A stretch of DNA of 63,960 nucleotides, the filler included, from Barthelona sp. PAP020 (Eukaryota): the NCBI GenBank assembly GCA_040182905.1. It is 3 parts of 3 records of this genome, joined end to end, with 100 filler letters (N's around TTAATTAATTAA, not from the genome) between each part and the next. Parts side by side here need not be neighbours in the genome. Positions count along the whole stretch, not along the records: positions 44,937 to 63,960 come from JARQWU010000214.1; 2 more parts are not named here. One strand, 5' to 3'. Position numbers and translations under genes: made by a program. Below the pieces are notes generated by a model, which saw only the letters and a program-made list of their open reading frames with translations, was not told the DNA's origin and ran no database searches. Shown here piece after piece: positions 59,901 to 63,960 of this stretch (its first letter is position 1; the number at the start of each line of letters is the position of its first letter).

Positions 59901-62900
59901 AAGAACAACAACAACAGAATGAGATTAATGAAGGAAAGCGTTTAGCCATGGAAAAAGAGATGGAAGAAAAAAGAGCTTTATTTGAAGCTGAAATTGAAGC
60001 CAGGCGAAGCCAAATGGAAAAAGAAGTTGATGAAGACAAAGCGCAAAAAGATGCAGAAGCTGCAGAAGCAATGAAGGATTATGAATTGAAATTTGAACAA
60101 GAAATGCTACAATTAGAAGAGGAAAGAAAACAACAAGAAGCTGCAAAGAGAGAATTTGAAGATGAGATGAAAAAGAAAATGGATGAAATGACTATTTTAG
60201 AAGAACAAAAACAAATTTTAGAAGAAGAAGAAGAAAGATTCAATGTAGAGCAAGAAGAATTGGAAAAAAAGAGAAATGAAATATTAGAAGCTTCTGAGAA
60301 GTTTAAAGAAGACCAAAAACGCTTCGAACAGGAAAGAATTGATTTTGAGAAAGAAATGGAACTTAAACGTCAAAATGCCTTATTAGAAGAACAACAATTA
60401 TTGGATGCTGAAAGAAAGCGTGTAAATCAAGAATTAAAGAAAGAAAAAGAAAAGTTTGATGCTCAAATGATAGAAAAAGAACAAGAATTTGCAGTTGAAA
60501 TGGACAGATTAAGCTATGAACAACATCAATTGTTGGAAGAAGAGATGAATAAAAGAAGAATTGAATTCGAGAAGGAATTGGAACAAAAAGAATTGGAAGC
60601 TGCTGAACGTCGTGAAAAATTAGATGAAGAAGCTCATCAACGATTAAACGAGATGCAAAAGAAATTGTTTGACCTTCAAAATCAATTTGGTGACAGAAGA
60701 ACTGAATTTAAAAATGAATTGAATGAGATTCGTGAGAGAGAAATGAAAGCTATTCGTGAGGAGGCTAAACGTAGAGAAGATGAATTTTTGAAACGAATGT
60801 CAAATGAAGAAAATGATTTGAGAAGGAGGAAAGGAATGTTGGAAGATGAGTTTGAAATGTTAAAAGCTCAACAAGCACAAGAATTAGCAAATGAAATCGA
60901 AAATGAACGAGCTATTCATGATAGTGAAATGATGCAGATGAAAGCTGATATGGATATGCAACGACAAAGGTTAGAGAATGAATTAACCATAGTAGAATCT
61001 TCTGAACGTGCTAAGATAGAGGCTGAATTAAAGCAAAAGGAAGAAGAGTTAGAATTACAGATGCGAAAGAAAGAAAAACAATTTGAACATAATCAAAGAT
61101 TAAAAGCAAGAGAGAATGAATTAGCTAAAGCAAAACTGGACAATGATTTGAAGAATAAGAAAAAAGAGTTTGACCGAGAGATGGAAAAGGAACGTCAGAG
61201 AGTGGAGATGGAATTAATTCAGTTACAAAATGATGCTAAGGTTGAGGAACAACAGAAACGTTTAGCACTAGAGGAAGAATTAGCTCAAGTACAGAAAGAA
61301 GAGAATGAAAGATTACAACAAGAACTGATCAATGAGAAGAATCGTTTATTAGATGAAAAAGATGGAATATTACAACAGTTAAACGACGATTTAGAACATT
61401 CTCAACAAGAAATTTCCGAAAACTTCCAGAAAATGAGTTCTTCAGCAGAGCTACACAAAGACGATTCAGTATTTATGGTTGAAGAATTGGAAAAAGGTTT
61501 GGAAAAAGAAAAACAGAGTTATAATGACAATCTAAGAAAACAAGAGCTGGAATTTTTGAACCAATTGGAAGAAATGGAGAAGAAATTTAATGCTGAAAAG
61601 GAATTGGAACAAAGAGAAGCAGAGATTAAATTTCAAGAGGAATATGCCAAAACAGAAAAAGCTTTGTTAGAACAGAAAGCTAAAGAATTGGAATTATTGA
61701 AGAAACAACATGATGATAGAATTCAAGAAATGAAAAATAAACAAGAAGAAAGCGAGAAAGCGTTGAATAGGAAAATTTGGGACTTAACTCAAGAATTGGA
61801 ATCTTTTAGAAGAGAAAGAATTAATAATCCTGGTCAAATCAATCCTATTCGAGAAAAAGAAATATTATCTGAAATTAACAAATTAAAAGATGAGAAATCT
61901 TTTGCAAATGATGATACTGATTTGGAGACAAAGAGTGAATACCTTGATAAACCTTTAACTGATAAAGAAATCAGAGGAAAAAGACGTCCCAGCAGAATTT
62001 TTGATCAATTTAGGAATTTGGCTCAACCAAATGGTAATCCAAATGGCAATCCAAGTGATAATCTCAATGGCAAACACAATGGCAATTTTAACAACGCGCC
62101 ACCACCATTGAACGACTATATTCCCACCGCCACTGTTGATGAAACAAATGTTGCCAAATCTGTTCCCCATAATCATGTGGTCAATTATGACGATTACGAT
62201 CAATATAATGAACTTAATCAAAATGATTCAATGCCTAACTTAGCACCAGGTTATAATCATGAACCGGGACCAGCAATTCCATTTGAACATTCACCTCAAT
62301 ATTCACGTGATAATTCAAGCGATAATTTTGGATATTCCCAAGTGCCTCATGCAATTCGTTCAAACAGTGCAGAATTGAGGCAGGTTAACCATCCAAATCC
62401 AAATGATTTACATTCATCTAGCAAAAATGTTGATGTGCTTGGTAAATTGAATCCAAAGAATGATAATGAAATTGCCTCTTTTTCAAGAGGCTCTGCTTCT
62501 ACCTTTCAAAAAGGTTCTTTACCTCATCATGCAGTTGAATTGAATAGACCAATATCAAGAGAAAATCATGGACGTTTATCTGAAGATTGGGCGAAGACCA
62601 TTTCTCAAAAATTGGATCGTTTAAATTCTTCTTCTTCGTTAAGACATGACCCAAGTGAAAGTACCATTTCTAAAGCAAAGAAAAAGAGACACAAACGCAA
62701 ACACAGATCATCTTCTAGATCTACCAAAAATATCAATATTGAATTGGCTAGAAATCAGCAACAACAACAGCACCTGCCATATCAACCAAACGATTTGGAC
62801 AGAGCTGCTAGTTTATCTTTGTTGAGAGGAGTATCTTCACTGGCAAACTTAGGAATGCTTGCGCCGAATACTCAATATATCCCCCAACCACAATTGCAGC

Positions 62901-63034
62901 ATAATCCATCGATAATGCTGAATCATCAAAGTCGCCAGGCAGGTAGAAAGAAAAAATTGGCATTGAAGAGCTTTCAAGAAATGATGGACAATTTAAATAA
63001 GACTTTTGACCAACTGATTGATGATAGACAATAG
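56989..63034 (+). CDS. Large E/K/Q/R-rich coiled-coil protein; join(56989..57000,57038..63034), about 2002 aa
   Basis: Very long charged helical region with an N/P/H/S-rich disordered tail. An ATG start is recovered by splicing a 37-nt intron. Confidence 0.8.
57001..57037 (+). other. 37-nt spliceosomal intron (GTAGAT...ACTAAC-CTATTAG)
   Basis: The unspliced frame stops (GTA GAT TAA). The spliced product MSKL|NNREYILENV is in frame with the long ORF. ACTAAC is at 57025-57030. Confidence 0.8.
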
Positions 63035-63423
63035 TATATAGTGCAAACGTGTTTTTTTAATTATAAAAGAAATTTTAAACAAATAAATAGATATGTATTT
63101 TTGCTTTTGTTACTTTGTTAAATAAGTGCTTTAAAATGAGGGGATTCAGTTTTGTTCTTATAAAAAGGGAAAGCACAGATGCTTGAGTGATTTCATTGCA
63201 CAAACATCCTTAAACAAAGATTTAAAAGTAAATGAGATGATATAATGAATTGAAATGTCATTTTCATACAAAATTACCAAGTTTCAATTTGATATGGATG
63301 GAAAACCGCCGATATGGCAACATATTGTTTTATTGCTTTGAATTTAGTGGTTTTTTGTAAAGTTTTGAGAGATTTTTGGCGTACAAACCAGATTTATTCC
63401 TTCAATTCACAAAGATTATTTGA

Positions 63424-63960
63424 AGCAAAGCGGAAGGATTTCACGTAAAAGACAATATAAATGCATTTAAGGTTTTTTCTTGCAATTTCTGATATTAATG
63501 GGTATCAAAATTGAAAAGCTCAAGAAATAATAAACGTAATCGTAAGAATCCAAAGATTAAGAATATAAGCAAATAAATTAGGTTAACTAGGAATGTCAAA
63601 GTCCTACAAAGAGAACATAAGTGGAGACATTAAAATGAATCTGAGGGCTAAACAAAAGTATTACACTTTTCTTTAAATACCCGCCCCATCTAAACCCAAA
63701 GCATTTCTTTTTTTTTTTAAAAAGTGTTCTGAACCATCCACGTAAAACGACTCAGTTGCAAGTACCCCTAAAATCTAACCGAGAACAACAAAGATCTTTA
63801 TAAACATTTATCATTATTGTTGTGTGAGTTGAAAAACACCAACTAGCCAACCTTTTCATCCGTGTTCGTAGCAAAGCGGACGGATTTCACCCAAAAGACA
63901 AAATAAACATTGTTCTAGGTTCTATTCTTGCACTTCTGATTGTTAAATATGATCCAATAC
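63424..63960. repeat. Two degenerate direct copies of a ~75-bp sequence, 446 bp apart
   Basis: AGCAAAGCGGAAGGATTTCACGTAAAAGACAATATAAA...TTCTTGCAATTTCTGAT at 63424 versus AGCAAAGCGGACGGATTTCACCCAAAAGACAAAATAAA...TTCTTGCACTTCTGAT at 63870. Confidence 0.75.

Noticed and set aside
4096..62221. Numerous 60-220 aa ORFs antisense or out of frame inside long genes (e.g. 4166-4726, 49496-50023, 54000-54656)
   Set aside because: They are S/F/L-rich shadow ORFs expected opposite E/K/D-rich coding sequence, with no independent motifs.
1..63960. tRNA, rRNA, CRISPR arrays and prokaryotic operons
   Set aside because: None recognised by eye; the content is eukaryotic.

Overview
This is AT-rich, gene-dense, intron-poor eukaryotic DNA from a flagellated protist. 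It uses the standard genetic code: TAA, TAG and TGA all terminate conserved genes. The window is three contigs joined by artificial 100-nt spacers (44 N + TTAATTAATTAA + 44 N) at 22456-22555 and 44837-44936, so adjacency across the spacers is not biological evidence. Contig 1 carries a WD40 gene, CFAP44, Raptor, CC2D2A/MKS6, an MFSD1-like transporter fused to ankyrin repeats, two orphan genes and the 3' end of RPB2. Contig 3 carries the 5' end of Sec61-alpha, an SLC52-like transporter, an SMP-domain protein, ARPC5, Pescadillo, CFAP300, a CSPP1-like gene, an Eps15-like gene and a ~2000-aa coiled-coil protein. Contig 2 looks accessory: a WD40 paralogue, a decayed pseudogene, a GC-rich mobile-element-like end, and the main discovery candidate. 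That candidate is an intronless 6115-aa protein with six tandem midasin/MoxR-type AAA+ modules (only 1, 3 and 5 keep a DE Walker B), a long helical then beta-rich middle, two degenerate vWA-like domains, a class-I-GATase-like domain and a terminal intact vWA. This is not the architecture of canonical midasin. Two tiny 5'-proximal introns (44 and 37 nt) have an ACTAAC branch point 7-8 nt from the intron end, which suggests a metamonad-like reduced spliceosomal system. All calls come from reading motifs by eye; no searches were run.
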